From NCBI GenBank assembly GCA_964234715.1, contig OZ174290.1: 64,000 bases of DNA; one strand, written 5' to 3'. The translations under genes were made by a program, and so were the position numbers. Within the stretch, counting starts at the first letter, position 1; each line of letters begins with the position of its first letter. The notes beneath the pieces were generated by a model. It was not told the DNA's origin, did not search any database, and saw only the letters and a list, made by a program, of their open reading frames with translations. Source of the DNA: Podarcis melisellensis. Lineage: Eukaryota. Positions 22,972 through 34,835 of this stretch are shown here, piece by piece.

Positions 22972-23919
22972 TAGACACACTGCAGGGTAATGCAGAATCA
23001 ATCTGCAATGAGTCCTGTCCCCCCTCTCCTCCCCCTTTTCCCAGATTGAAACCAGTTTAACAGAAAGCACTTTTCATGGAGGGTGAGGTACAGATGCAAT
23101 AGATCTAGGTTGTGTGTGGACTACATATAAAAAGCAAGTGCTGAGTCCTCATTGAATCTAGAATAAAATGCTATGTTGCACGCAGCCTATCCCTATAACT
23201 AAGTGCTTACTAGCCCAGTTGCAAAATCTGGAAGAGCAATGGTGCCCTGTGCTTTCTCTACCCTACCAGATTTTGCCTTCCTGTCGAATACCATGGATTA
23301 GAATGTGACTGTCAGACAATGTAGGGGAAGCATTCAAAGCCATTTGCCCTGTAGGGTAAACTGTCCACTGAGAATGCTTTGCTATAACCACGTCCTTCCG
23401 CTCTCCTTCCCCTAAGCCTTACTTCTGCTCTCAGTGGGATTTTGAAGCCAAGCAGCAGGAAGTGTCTATTTTTTCATGGAAGCAGCTGGACAGAGAAGGT
23501 GATGGAGATGGGAGCAATGCATTTCCCTGACCTAGACCTGGCTAAAAGCATAGGGCACAGTCTAGGTGGCAGGCAGGCACATTTGCTCTGTACTGGGAAG
23601 ATGAAGAAGAAAGCCATTTGCGCAACAGCAAGAGACACATAGTTTTTACGGCCACATTTGCAGCTAAATTACCATCAGACCCAGGATCATCATCCATTAC
23701 CCACTGATGTGAAGAGAAGTGCCAGGCCAGATACCTGCAACAGCTGTTATCTTCCTTGGTTCTTATATTTTTGGACCCCATCTCTGATATGCACATCAGG
23801 GACAGGCAGCTCTCAGTGACATGGTGTAGAATGTGCTTTAATCCTTCCCACAGAATAGTGACACACTGGAGGCTCCCATATATCTGTATGTATGAAGATA
23901 CAGATATAGACCATATTAT

Positions 23920-24190
23920 ACTGCAGTATCACTTTAAGGAGCCATGGCTTTCTCCAAAGAATCCTTGGCACTGTGAGTTGTTAAAGGTGCTGAGAGTTAT
24001 AGGTAGGAGTCTCCTCTTTCTCTCCCAGAGCTACAATTCCCAGTCTTCCCTGGGGAGAGGGATGGACTTTTAAACCACACTGATAACTGTAGCTTTGTGA
24101 GGGGAATAGGAGTCTCCTAACAACTACAGTATAAACACCCTAAGCAAATGACCAGGATTCATTGGGGGAGACATGGTACCATAGTGTCTT
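23920..24190. mobile_element. old palindromic MITE-like repeat
   Basis: inverted arms CCATGGCTTTCTCCAAAGAATCCT / AGGATTCATTGGGGGAGACATGG and AGAGCTACA / TGTAGCTTT. Confidence 0.6.
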
Positions 24191-24455
24191 ATTATTAGTT
24201 TTGGGGTTATTAGTTGCCCACTCTTCACCATAAGGTCCCTGGGTGGGTTACATCAACCAAAACACACCATTAAAAACAGTTTAAAATGACTTGCAATCAC
24301 AGAAACAGGTCCTAAAAATATACACCTCATCAACATCCAGCATAAAAAGAGAGGCGTCTTCAACATTTATTGAAATATGTACAACGAAGGTTCCAGATTC
24401 ACTTCTGTGGGGAGGCAGTTCCACAACTTAGGGGCTGCCACAGAGAAGGCCCTTT
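24190..24455 (-). mobile_element. L2 LINE 3' end fragment
   Basis: TTCCACAACTTAGGGGCTGCCACAGAGAAGGCCC (minus: AFSVAAPKLWN); L2-type tail. Confidence 0.7.
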
Positions 24456-25549
24456 AATGTACAGTGTGGAGGCAGCCACAGTTGAAGATATGGTAGCCCG
24501 CTGTCCTTTTTTAGTTTCTCCTGTACTGGACTCCTGCAGCCAAAGCCTGTGTGTTTGCTTTGTGTCAGCTCATCAGGTGCCTAGGAATTGCAATAGTTTT
24601 CTCCATCTCTCTCTTTCTTTGGCTCTGTTTCACCTTTGCCTGTCAGACAGCTTTCTGGATAGTGGAACACAGCTTTTTTATTATTACCTCTTGAAGAACA
24701 AAAAATAAATTAACAACATTGAAACAAAAAGGGGGGATCTCACCTAACTTTGACCTCTTTCTATTATGCTTCACACAAGTAGACGGGGAGAGTTCACTCC
24801 AGGGCTATTTCTTGGATGGCTGAGAAGAACCTAAACTTTTCACTTTCAAATTAACCTGTCAAATCATATATTCGTTTATGAGGCCAAGCGAATGAGGGGC
24901 CAGGATATTCTCACACATCAATTAAAGGGGAATTAATTACAATTTTCTAGTCTTAGCACATTAACACTCCCTAAACAATAGAGACGATATTATAGACTTG
25001 ATATAAGGAGAAGTGGGGGATAACAATGCACTTTGGTGGCATTTCTTGATTGTTGAAATGGCCCTCACAATGCAGGCTTCTTTCTTTGAACTGGATACTA
25101 CCAGCTTTTGCTTAAATGGAACAGTTTTCTTTCTTTGGACCCGTCCAAATTACCAGTTCATTGAGCATCCATCTTGATTTGTTTCCAATGAGATTATATG
25201 ACACTGCATCAAGCATTATCCCACATTTCCCAGAGAATTTTCCTGTCACTTTCACTTAAAAAACCTCCTAACTAATCATTAGTCAACTCCCCCCCCTAAA
25301 AAAAACCTAATTAAACTTTGGTTCACACATTAAAAGCTTTCCCTGTCTCCCAAAGCAGGTTAATGTTCTTTTCAAATTCTTACATATTTGTGGGCACTGG
25401 GGAGGGTATTCCTTAAAACTGGGGCAACTATTGGAAGGGCCTGCTTTTAGCCCAAACATGGGACACCTATCTCATCAAAGTATTTCAAAACCAGTATAAT
25501 CCACTGATCCTAACAAATGGTGGGCCTAATATCCTGCCATGTATAAAGC

Positions 25550-26161
25550 CATACCCTCCAACATTTCTCTGATGATAATTTGTTGTTGTTGTTGTTGTTT
25601 AGTCATTTAGTCGTGTCCGACTCTTTGTGACCCCATGAACCAGAGAACGCCAGGCACCTCTGTCCTCCACTGCCTCCTGCAGTTTGGTCAAACTCATGCT
25701 GGTAACCTCGAAAACACTATCCAACCATCTCGTCCTCTGTCGCCCCCTTCTCCTTGTGCCTTCCATCTTTCCCAGCATCAGGGTCTTTTCCAGGGAGTCT
25801 TCTCTTCTTCTGATGATAATAGGGACATCCTATTCAAATGATTATAAATATAATTATATCCCACCCATCTGATTGGGTTGCCCTAGCCACTCTGGGTGGC
25901 TTCCAAGATACATAAAAACATAATAGAACATTAAACATTAGAAACACTCCCCTATACAGGGCTGCCTTCAGATGTCTTCTAAAGCTTGTATAGTTGCTTG
26001 TCTCCTTGATCAGGGATTGCAGCCATACCCTCCAACATTTCTCTGGTGAAAAGAGAAATGTCTTAAGGGAAAGCAGGACTTTCCAGAATCAGTTCAGAAA
26101 CAGGGACGGCTTCTGTAAATCTGGGACTGTCCCTGGTAAATAGGGACACTTGGAGGGTCTG
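25550..26161. mobile_element. composite hAT-like non-autonomous element (duplicated left end, captured L2 tail), host of Bov-B insertion
   Basis: left TIR CATACCCTCCAA at 25550 and again at ~26024; right TIR TTGGAGGGTCTG ending 26161; related copy begins at 63918. Confidence 0.65.
25580..25808 (-). mobile_element. Bov-B (RTE clade) LINE 3' fragment
   Basis: TTTAGTCGTGTCCGACTCTTTGTGACCCCATG...CCAACCATCTCGTCCTCTGTCGCCCCCTTCTCC; (CAA)n tail; 12-bp TSD TCTGATGATAAT (25568-25579, 25809-25820). Confidence 0.93.
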
Positions 26162-26784
26162 TATGGTATAGAATCCATACCAAGGCTGACAAGCAAAGTG
26201 CATCAGTCTCTTAGCACATGACAACATTTTCATTATTTTGCCCTGCACTGACTGCTTGTCTTTATCATTTTTTAATACTTTGGGGGCACACACACACCCC
26301 GGACCAATCACACACCACATCTGGAGGACACAACACTTGACATATTTTTTCTGGGATCTGACATTTCTAAATCAACCACAGCAAACTTCTGAATGCCACC
26401 AGCTGTTCAAGGAATTGCATCTTGTTTCCAGACAGGTGTTGCTGTCTGACTCTTCCAGTTTATTAAATCCCATATTTCCCCTCCATCATGGATTCATGTA
26501 GACTCTGAGAACCTTAGGGGTGATCTTTGTGGTCATGTGTGTATCTGGTCCTTCTCTCTATACTTGTTTTTATGCCTATGAGATGTGAATGGTATATCTG
26601 CATCAAGTTACCACTTTTCTTAATATAAACATGAAGAAAGGGGAAGAAACGCACGCAAGTACTCTCTCACAGACCTCAATAATAACAGTTTGATAAGTGT
26701 ATGGCATTCTCAATCAACGCATATGTATTTTGCATCCAGTTCTGTATCCCAGCTACAAAACAGATTACTTGGTTAGAGCATGGT

Positions 26785-26862
26785 GCATATTCCTGCATTG
26801 CAGGAGGTTGGATTAGACGATCCTCAGGGTCCCTTTCAACTCTGATTTTATGATTCTCTGAT
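26785..26862 (+). mobile_element. CR1 extreme 3' tail
   Basis: TCCTGCATTGCAGG.GGTTGGA.TAGA..GGGTCCC.TTCAACTCT..ATGATTCT. Confidence 0.8.
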
Positions 26863-27355
26863 TCATTACTACAGCAATAATTCCTGATAATAACTGAGGC
26901 AGTGCCTACTTCGCAAGGGAATTTTGCAAGCCCTCTGGTTAAGCTGTGCCACCATGCCTGGGAAAGAGTCCAGGTTGCCAGTATTATCCCATATATTTGG
27001 CATAGAGCCAAATTATGTGCATGTTTACTGGACTAATGTATTGTTTGGGAATCCAGCCTTGCCTTATGAAGGGCATTTCAGCTCCATGTGGTACACTTGG
27101 ATCTGCTCTTTATGAGTGCCACACAGAGATAGTTGAAGAATGCTCTTCTTTCCAAGCACCAGATAAGCCCAAGGCATGGTGAGGTGCTTTTAGTAGCCCA
27201 GGGCAGCTCTAACAGGCTAAGGCTCTCAGAGCTTTGAAGTCATCTGAGGATGGAGGAGGAGGAGGAGGAGGAGAGAAAGAAGAAGTAGTTGTTTCTTCTG
27301 AGGTGATCTCCCTTGGGGATGATGAATTGGTAAAGAAGAGGACCAGAACACGAAT

Positions 27356-27555
27356 GGGCGGTAGCGCAGTGAGTGGTACAGCATCTGCTTTGCATGCAGA
27401 AAGTTCCAGGTTTAATCCCTAACAGCTCCATGTAGTGCTAGGAAAGACTCATTGCCTGAAACCCTGGAGAGTCACTTGTCAGTCATTGTAGACAGTACTG
27501 AGCTCAATAGACCAATGACTTGACTCATTAAAAGGCAGGTTCTTATTATCCTATG
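27356..27555 (+). mobile_element. tRNA-derived SINE with CR1-like tail
   Basis: A box GTAGCGCAGTGAGTGG, B box GGTTTAATCCC, body CCTGAAACCCTGGAGAG...ACTGAGCT..ATAGACCAATG. Confidence 0.8.
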
Positions 27556-27676
27556 CTAATGCAAAGGAGTCTCCTTTGCCTTGAACAGACTGCATTGCAG
27601 TGCTAAAGTCAGCACTGTGAGGTCTCATCTGTCAACATGTGACAGGGATGGGAAAGAAATCTGCCAAATTGTGGAA

Positions 27677-27907
27677 GGACCATAGCTTGGTGGTAGAACA
27701 TATGCTTTGATGGAAAAGGTTCCAAGTTCATTCAAAGTTGGGCTGGCACCGATTCCTGCCTAAAACTCTGGAGAATTGCTGCCAGTCAGTGTAGACAATG
27801 CTGAGCTACTTATTTATATTTAAACAACATTTGTATGCCACACAGTAGTGGCTTAAAATAACAACTAGGTGGACCGATGCTATGACTGAGTATAAGTCAG
27901 CTTCCTA
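27677..27907 (+). mobile_element. tRNA-derived SINE (same family), degenerate
   Basis: CATAGCTTGGTGGTAGAACATATGCTTTG...GCTGCCAGTCAGTGTAGACAATGCTGAGCTA...CAGCTTCCTA. Confidence 0.75.
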
Positions 27908-28033
27908 ACCTCTGGCTGCCTTACAACCTACGAGGAGCCTTAACGAATTAGCCAAGATTTAGAGGTTTTGAATGTATATGTGTGAGAGATTTGTAGGGCT
28001 GAGAGTTATTTAGTACACATACAATGCAAACAA

Positions 28034-28399
28034 GGGGACGCAGGTGGCGCTGTGGGTTAAAGCCTCAGCGCCTAGGACTTGCCGATCGAAAGGTCGGCGG
28101 TTCGAATCCCTGCGGCGGGGTGCGCTCCCGCTGCTCGGTCCCAGCGCCTGCCAACCTAGCAGTTCGAAAGCACCTCCGGGTGCAAGTAGATAAATAGGGA
28201 CCGCTTACCAGCGGGAAGGTAAACGGCGTTTACGTGTGCGGCTCTGGCTCGCCAGATGCAGCTTTGTCACGCTGGCCACGTGACCCGGAAGTGTCTCCGG
28301 ACAGCGCTGGCCCCTGGCCTCTTGAGTGAGATGGGCGCACAACCCCAGAGTCTGTCAAGACTGGCCCGTACGGGCAGGGGTACCTTTACCTTTACCTTT
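28034..28399 (+). mobile_element. Sauria SINE, full length, young
   Basis: A box GGTGGCGCTGTGGG, B box GGTTCGAATCC, CpGs intact, (ACCTTT)3 tail; left TSD copy TACAATGCAAACA at 28020-28032. Confidence 0.95.
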
Positions 28400-28559
28400 T
28401 AATTAGTAAGTGGGCTATGATTCCTCTCTCCACCAGGCCTAGGGTGGGGCCTGACAGGCTTCATAAGAACTGCTGCTTCTGCAGCTGCCCAGCAAGGACT
28501 GGGGTATTTTGGGGGAAATTTGTCAGGAGTTGTTGCTGTTATTGATACAATTTTTTTGT

Positions 28560-28729
28560 ATACTTTTATGTGGACATTGTTCAGTTTGGTTATGTAGTCT
28601 TGATGTGTTTTATTTTCATGACTACTTTGCTATATTCGTAACCATAAATCTTTTCATATTGTAAGCCGCCTTGAGTGTTGTTTTAACGGTGGAAAGGTGG
28701 CATTTAAATAAAATTATTATGATGATGAT
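28560..28729 (+). mobile_element. L2-type 3' tail
   Basis: TGTAAGCCGCCTTGAG...GAAAGGTGGCATTTAAATAAA + (ATT/GAT)n. Confidence 0.65.
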
Positions 28730-28731
28730 TA

Positions 28732-28998
28732 CCGTATTTTTTCTGTGTATTATACGAGGTTTTTTGACTCAAAAATCACGTCCAAAACCAGGGGTCGTCC
28801 TATACACGGATGTGGGGGGGGGGGAAGTGGCGCATGCACGAGCACAACTTCCCACGATCTAGGAGTGTTTTCTGCCCGCAGCTGCATGGGGGGAGAAGCT
28901 CAACAACTTTGGGCCACCTCCTCTCATTTTCTTAAAATTGAGTCCCCCAAACTGGGTGGGTCTTATACATGGGACGTCTTACAGATGGAAAAATGTGG
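28732..28998. mobile_element. old Tigger/pogo-type MITE
   Basis: TA + CCGTATTTTTTCTGTGTAT ... GTCTTA..GATGGAAAAATGTGG degenerate TIRs related to 18177-18927. Confidence 0.7.
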
Positions 28999-29159
28999 TG
29001 TCCAAAAGCAACAAGAGAAAAGGAGCAATATGAGCAAAGGCAGGTGTGAATAAAGTGGGACTTACTGAACCAATAATGGATTGTGACCATTTTCTTTTTC
29101 CGGCACAGAAATGGCACGAAGACTACAGTTTGTTTCGCAAAGTATCGATTTACCTCTTA

Positions 29160-29258
29160 ACAGTGCTGGCCCCTGGCCTCTTAAGTGAGATGGGCGCACA
29201 ACCCCAGAGTCTGTCAAGACTGGCCCGTACGGGCAGGGGTACCTTTACCTTTACCTTT
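29160..29258 (+). mobile_element. second copy of the Sauria SINE 3' end
   Basis: 97/99 identical to 28301-28399; followed by TSD TACAATGCAAACA (29258-29270). Confidence 0.95.
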
Positions 29259-29935
29259 ACAATGCAAACATACAACACACATACCCATCTGCTTAGTAAG
29301 TTGGCATGTATGTTGGGTAAAGCATGTACAGAATTGTGGTTTTGCAGCAGTGCCTCTACCAAGCCTTACTTGGCAATGCAAGCAAGCAGACTTGGGGAGC
29401 TTCCCTAGCTATTCCTCTGGGCTGCCTTGCTCTCGCTGCAGCCACTCTCCCACGCTTTCTCCTTCCATCCCTAACTCATATCAGATAGCTCTGCCTTCGT
29501 CTCCCCAGATAATCCTTCTCTGACCGCTTTGCCCAGAATCCCAAATTGAATGACTGCTCTTCAGAAATGAGGATTAGCGTGTTGATGGGATGAGTTACAC
29601 ATGGCCACAAAGGTCACCCCTGAAGGCCAAGTTGCTCAGAGTCTGTGTGCATATCCACAAGGGAGAGAGACGGAGGGATTTAATGAAATGGAAGAACCAG
29701 GCAGCAACACCCGTCTTGAAGCAAGGTGCAATTTATTTAATAGCTGGTGGCATTCAGCAGGCTGCCATGGCTGATTTTCTTTTCTTTTTTTTAATGTTGG
29801 ATGCCAGCAAAGGAATCAGAGTTGCTTTCCCCAGATGTGTCGGGTGTTTTGTACCTGTGTGTGCATGCACACACAAATGCACAGGACACAAAGCATTAAA
29901 AACTAGTTAGAACCTGCTAACCTCTTTCCAAGTGC

Positions 29936-30136
29936 CATTAGGAAGAACTTCCTGACAGTAAGAGCTGTTCGACAGTGGAATTTGCTGCCAAGGAGTGTGG
30001 TGGAGTCTCCTTCTTTGGAGGTCTTTAAGCAGAGGCTTGACAACCATATGTCAGGAGTGCTCTGATGGTGTTTCCTGCTTGGCAGCGGGTTGGACTCGAT
30101 GGCCCTTGTGGTCTCTTCCAACTCTATGATTCTATG
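29936..30136 (+). mobile_element. CR1 LINE 3' end
   Basis: encodes IRKNFLTVRAVRQWNLLPRSVVESPSLEVFKQRLDNHMSGVL*; tail CTCTATGATTCTATG. Confidence 0.93.
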
Positions 30137-30612
30137 TACAGAGTCAACAGCAATCTGTATAGACAAGAGATATAATAGAGGAAACATTCGGGCTTGAGGA
30201 AGGAGCAGAATCATTGGCAAAGTGAATCCATCACAGAGGAGACCAAGGACAGAGAACCTCCAGGTATTGTTGGGTTTCAACTCCCATCAGCCTCTAACCC
30301 AGCATGGCCAATGGTCAGAGTTAATGAGAGTCACATTCCAACAACATCCAGAAGGCCACAGGTTAGGGCACTCCTACATTAGGCAGCACTGGGCTGGATG
30401 GACCAATGATCTGAGTCTGGAATAAGTTAATTTTAACATGTACTTAGCTATACACATTGTTTCTTTATTTAATGTTTGTTCCACAGGGCTTCAAAGCAAT
30501 CATTGCGAGATAAAACAACAGAGGACATAATAAAAAGAAGTTTTAAAACACAATCGACAGGAAAGCTAGATGAACCCAACTGTCTGGGGAGAAGATATTA
30601 ACTTAAATTAAT

Positions 30613-30614
<2 letters not shown>

Positions 30615-30672
<58 letters not shown>
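30615..30672. repeat. (CT)n microsatellite
   Basis: directly visible. Confidence 0.97.
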
Positions 30673-30677
<5 letters not shown>

Positions 30678-31459
30678 TGGCAGTTTATGAATCTTTGAAA
30701 GGTTAAGAGGGAAGTGGCTAGATGCACTTTTCAAGTCATAGTATCTGGTCCTGTGACTAAGAAGGCTCAGTCCAGAAGAATCCAATCTTTTGTTCCTTCC
30801 ACTTTTCCATCTTTCCCCCACCCATTTCCCCACAGTCCATGATGGACTGTGGACCTCTGGCTGAATTTTTTTAATCCCATCCCTGGTTAAGAGGCAAGAG
30901 GCAAGTTGCAGCTCACAATTTCTAGTATCTGGGTCTGTGACTGAGAAGCGTCATGTCAGAATCAAATCTCTTTTCTCCTCCCACTTTTCCCCCTATCCCC
31001 ATCGCTGGAATATGGCTGCTGGAAAGTTGTCTGTGGTAGAATATGACCTTCAGGCTGGAAGGTATTCCCTACTCCTGGTTAGGAGGGAAGAGGATAGTTG
31101 CCTCACCCAAGTTCTAGTGCCTGGGTCTATGGCTGAGAAGAACATAACCCTTGGTCATGGTGGTGATAGATCTCTGTAGTCAGGCAGGCCCATGTGGGAG
31201 CAGGCGGTCTGCTGTTGACTGAAAATAACTTTAAAATAAATCCTGCACGTCAGATTCTAATGCAATAGCTTCCACGCATTCTCCTAGCAATGACAAGAGT
31301 AATATAAATACCATATGAAATATTAAGGCTGTTGAAATACTAATACTGTTGAGAGATGACAGACACCCACTATTTGTAGTTTCTGAAAACAATGTAAGGC
31401 ATTTTTGCTTTTCAGCAAGCTTTTCCCCATGCATTTAAAAAATAAATAAATGTTTAGGT

Positions 31460-31949
31460 CAGGGGCCTGCAACCTTTAAGACAAAAAGAGCCACTTGGAC
31501 CCATTTCCGAAGAAAAAAAACTGGGAGCCGCAGAACTCGTCATTATAAAAATAACTTTTTTGTCACTTTTTTATTATTTCTTTGTTTGACCCCTCAGAAT
31601 TACTCCTCCTCATAGAAATAAACGTTAAATTAACAAGTTACCTTTTTGTGTGTGTGTGTTCTTCACTCCCCTTCAAGACAGTGACCAGCGTACATGCCCC
31701 CTTTCAATGCAGTGACCAGCGTACATGCCCCTTACAATGTAGTGGGCAGGTGGGCAGGAAGGTGACGTCGGGACGGTGCGTGACTAACGCACACACCGCC
31801 CCCATGCGACGTCACAGCCAGTACAGCGCCCGCCACAGTGGGGAGTGTCGGGCCACACAATGTGCCTCCTCCCCTCGCTAGTATCCGCCTCGGAGTAAAG
31901 GTGTAAAAGAGCCACATGCGGCTCCAGAGCCGCGGGTTGCTGACCCCTG
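31460..31949. mobile_element. hAT (Charlie-like) non-autonomous transposon
   Basis: TIRs CAGGGGCCTGCAACC / GGTTGCTGACCCCTG; subterminal AAAGAGCCAC; perfect 8-bp TSD GTTTAGGT (31452-31459, 31950-31957). Confidence 0.92.
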
Positions 31950-32335
31950 GTTTAGGTCTCTGCTTTGGGTGTGGGTTGTAGCTGATTTACCTCTACTCAG
32001 AGCTGACCCACTGGTTTGCTCTGAGTATGACTAGCATTTGCTTCTAAATGTGTTTTAACTGTTTTAGTGTATGGTTGCAAATAACCTTGAAGTTTAAAGG
32101 AAATGTGATGCATAAATTAACTACCACAACCATGGAGAGACTGCCACCCAGGGACTACCCGTGGGGGCTGGGGGGGGGCAGCATCAGAGAGCTTGTGCTG
32201 GAGTAGCCTGATTGTTTATGGGTGAATTTAGATGTGGGGAGTATTGTATTAGTTTTTTCTGATTATGATGCTAACACTTTGCCATGCTTTCTAATGTTAC
32301 TTTCATGCTGCAATACCTGTGGTATTACGGAACTA

Positions 32336-32551
32336 CAGTGGTACCTCGGGTTACAGATGCTTCAGGTTGCAGACTCCACTAACCCAGAAGTAGTACCTCG
32401 GTTTAAGAACTTTGCTTCAGGATGAGAACAGAAATTGTGTGCTGGCGGCGCAGCGGCAGTGGGAGGCCCCATTAGCTAAAGTGGTGCTTCAGGTTAAGAA
32501 CAGTTTCAGGTTAAGAATGGACCTCCAGAATGAATTAAGTTCTTAGTCTGA
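32336..32551 (-). mobile_element. Tigger-like MITE (reverse orientation, one end eroded)
   Basis: TA + CAGTGGTACCTCGGGTTAC; reverse complement of 35447-35688. Confidence 0.9.
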
Positions 32552-34679
32552 GAATTCACACCAGTGGGTGTCGGACGACACTGCTACTCTCTCCTTTTCC
32601 CACAAGCCTGTTTCTGTCCTCTCATGATAAAAATGGCAGGAATGAACTATGTTGGTATAGCACCTGAAATTTTGTCACTTTACTCATGCAATTTTCCAGG
32701 TAAAGGGGCCTGCAAACAGGTCCTGCCCCCCCGAATCAGACAGCACATAAATGTGTGTTAAATGCACACTATATTCCATTAATTTTCTGGAGGTGGCTTC
32801 TACATCATGTGAAAGTTCAAATATAATGTGGAAATAAACAGTTAGGGAAATGTCAGGGAAAGGGAATAATCTGTTATGTGAATGCAGCCTAAGTCATCCA
32901 GCCAAGATGTATGGAAATTTTTTGGTACATCTTAGGTGCAGATGTGCAGTTAAGGTGCAATGAAATGCCCATCTGTATGTACCCTAAGCGTGCAAACTTG
33001 TCCATGCCTACTCAGTCAGAAGTAAGCCTCACTGAGTTCATTGGGGACTTACTCCCAAGTAAGTTGTTGAGTAGGGTTGCAGACTCAAATGCTAAACCAT
33101 TTTCCAAACTGCAAATTAAGAAGTATCAATTGCAACTTAATTCATACCTTTGCAATTCCTGAATAAACTGTGAATTATTCAAAGCCACTTAAAAGTTCAT
33201 TGACATTCCCTAAGGGAAGACAGGGCCTGAATTTGAATAGTTCTGGGAAGCAAACAGTTGATTTGTAAATTTGCAGAGCGTTATCTATTTATTTCAAGCC
33301 TGGCTCAATCATACCTGCTAATGTCTTATGATTTAAAGGCTCACAATAACAGCTTTACCTCCACTCACATTTTAAGGTTGCACTTTTTTAATGCTGACTC
33401 CAGGAAACCTTTTAACAATCCAAGTCATACACTCAGGGCAGTTAATGAATCAAAGAATGAATCTCTTTTGTGGCACTCCAAATATTGCTGGACTATAGCT
33501 ATGATCAGCTCTGGCCATTGACCACTTTGGAAGGGAGCTGAAGTCCAACAACACCTAGGGCTGGAAGTCTCCCCATCCCTGTGAAAGATGCCTATAGATG
33601 GAGCAGAGAATTTAAGCCCTGTTTGCAATTGTAAACATGCGTCCAGGGACTGGTTGCTATTCTGTATTAATTTAGAGACCTAGTGTTTTACATATACTTT
33701 ATTCATCTCATGCTACCAATAACTCTGCAACTGCAGCCCCCTATTCGTAACTGCAGGAAAGTACAGTGAAATATGTAGTTTAAAACAATTGATTCCACTG
33801 AAGGATTTGTTAGGAACAAAGGAAGCTGCCTTATATTGAGAGGTTTTGCACATGACAGTAAACCATAGTTTAGCATTCCAAGGATGAGCCAAAGTGAGCT
33901 TCAGGCTCCCCGCCTCTGTTGGTGTGGCTGTGAGGAGATTGAAACGTTCTGCTTGTCTTAGAGTAACTACAATTTAGCATTGTGCACTGAAACTGATTAG
34001 TCTTAACTGTGGTTTATGGAAATAAGTTAACTTATTAAACTAAAATTTGAACATAGCTTGAGTATTCAACATACCCTACTTAAGATGAACCACAGTTTGC
34101 TGGGTATCAACAACACAAGAAACTGATCAATTTAACACACCGTACTTAAGGCTACCCACAGTTTGTTGGGTATTAAAAATAGAAACAAAAGCTTTGGAAC
34201 TCCTCTTCAAACTCTGTTGGTGGAAGAGGGAGGGGCATGTAAGCCCAATATGCTCTGCCACTGAGTTGGGAAAGGTCGAGGCACTGTTTTAGATTTGGGA
34301 AAAACTTTTAGCCCTACATCAATGTACATTTAGAATGAATGAAACTGAGAGACCGGGCATTTAAAAAAGAAGAAAGAAGAAGAAACGGTGGGATTCATTG
34401 TAATTCATGATAGAAGCTCCATATGTGTTTGTGTTTATTTAAACCAACACAGAATGATACAAGATAACACTGGGCGAAAATGTATCAATAGCTCAACCTT
34501 GATTGTTTCTTTGTCATAAAACAGTGTGAACATGGGCATGGGTTTCTGGGAAGGTAATTTTCAGAATCCTAGCTGATATGTAAGAAGACCATGATTATAG
34601 AGGATAAGGCAATCAGTCACAACTAGTCATGATGGCTATGTTCTACCTCCAATGTCAGGGGGTGGATGAGCTCATTCCC

Positions 34680-34835
34680 AAGGCTAGTTTCTTGGCCTGA
34701 ACCTTCAGATAGGATCACAACTACTGCAGTAACAGTTCCTCCACTGCCCATCTCACAGAATTTGTCCAAAAGGGCATGATGATCAATGATACCAAAAGCC
34801 ACTGGGAGATCAAGAGGAAGGAGAAGGGTCACACT
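34680..34835 (-). mobile_element. L2 reverse-transcriptase fragment
   Basis: peptide TLLLPLDLPVAFGIIDHHALLDKFCEMGSGGTV = RT motif LLDLSAAFDTIDH.ILL.RL..G..GT. Confidence 0.85.

Noticed and set aside
27356-27430. tRNA gene (also 17742, 28034, 47577, 53848, 58303)
   Set aside because: A/B boxes belong to SINE heads that continue into SINE bodies; no intact cloverleaf or acceptor stem
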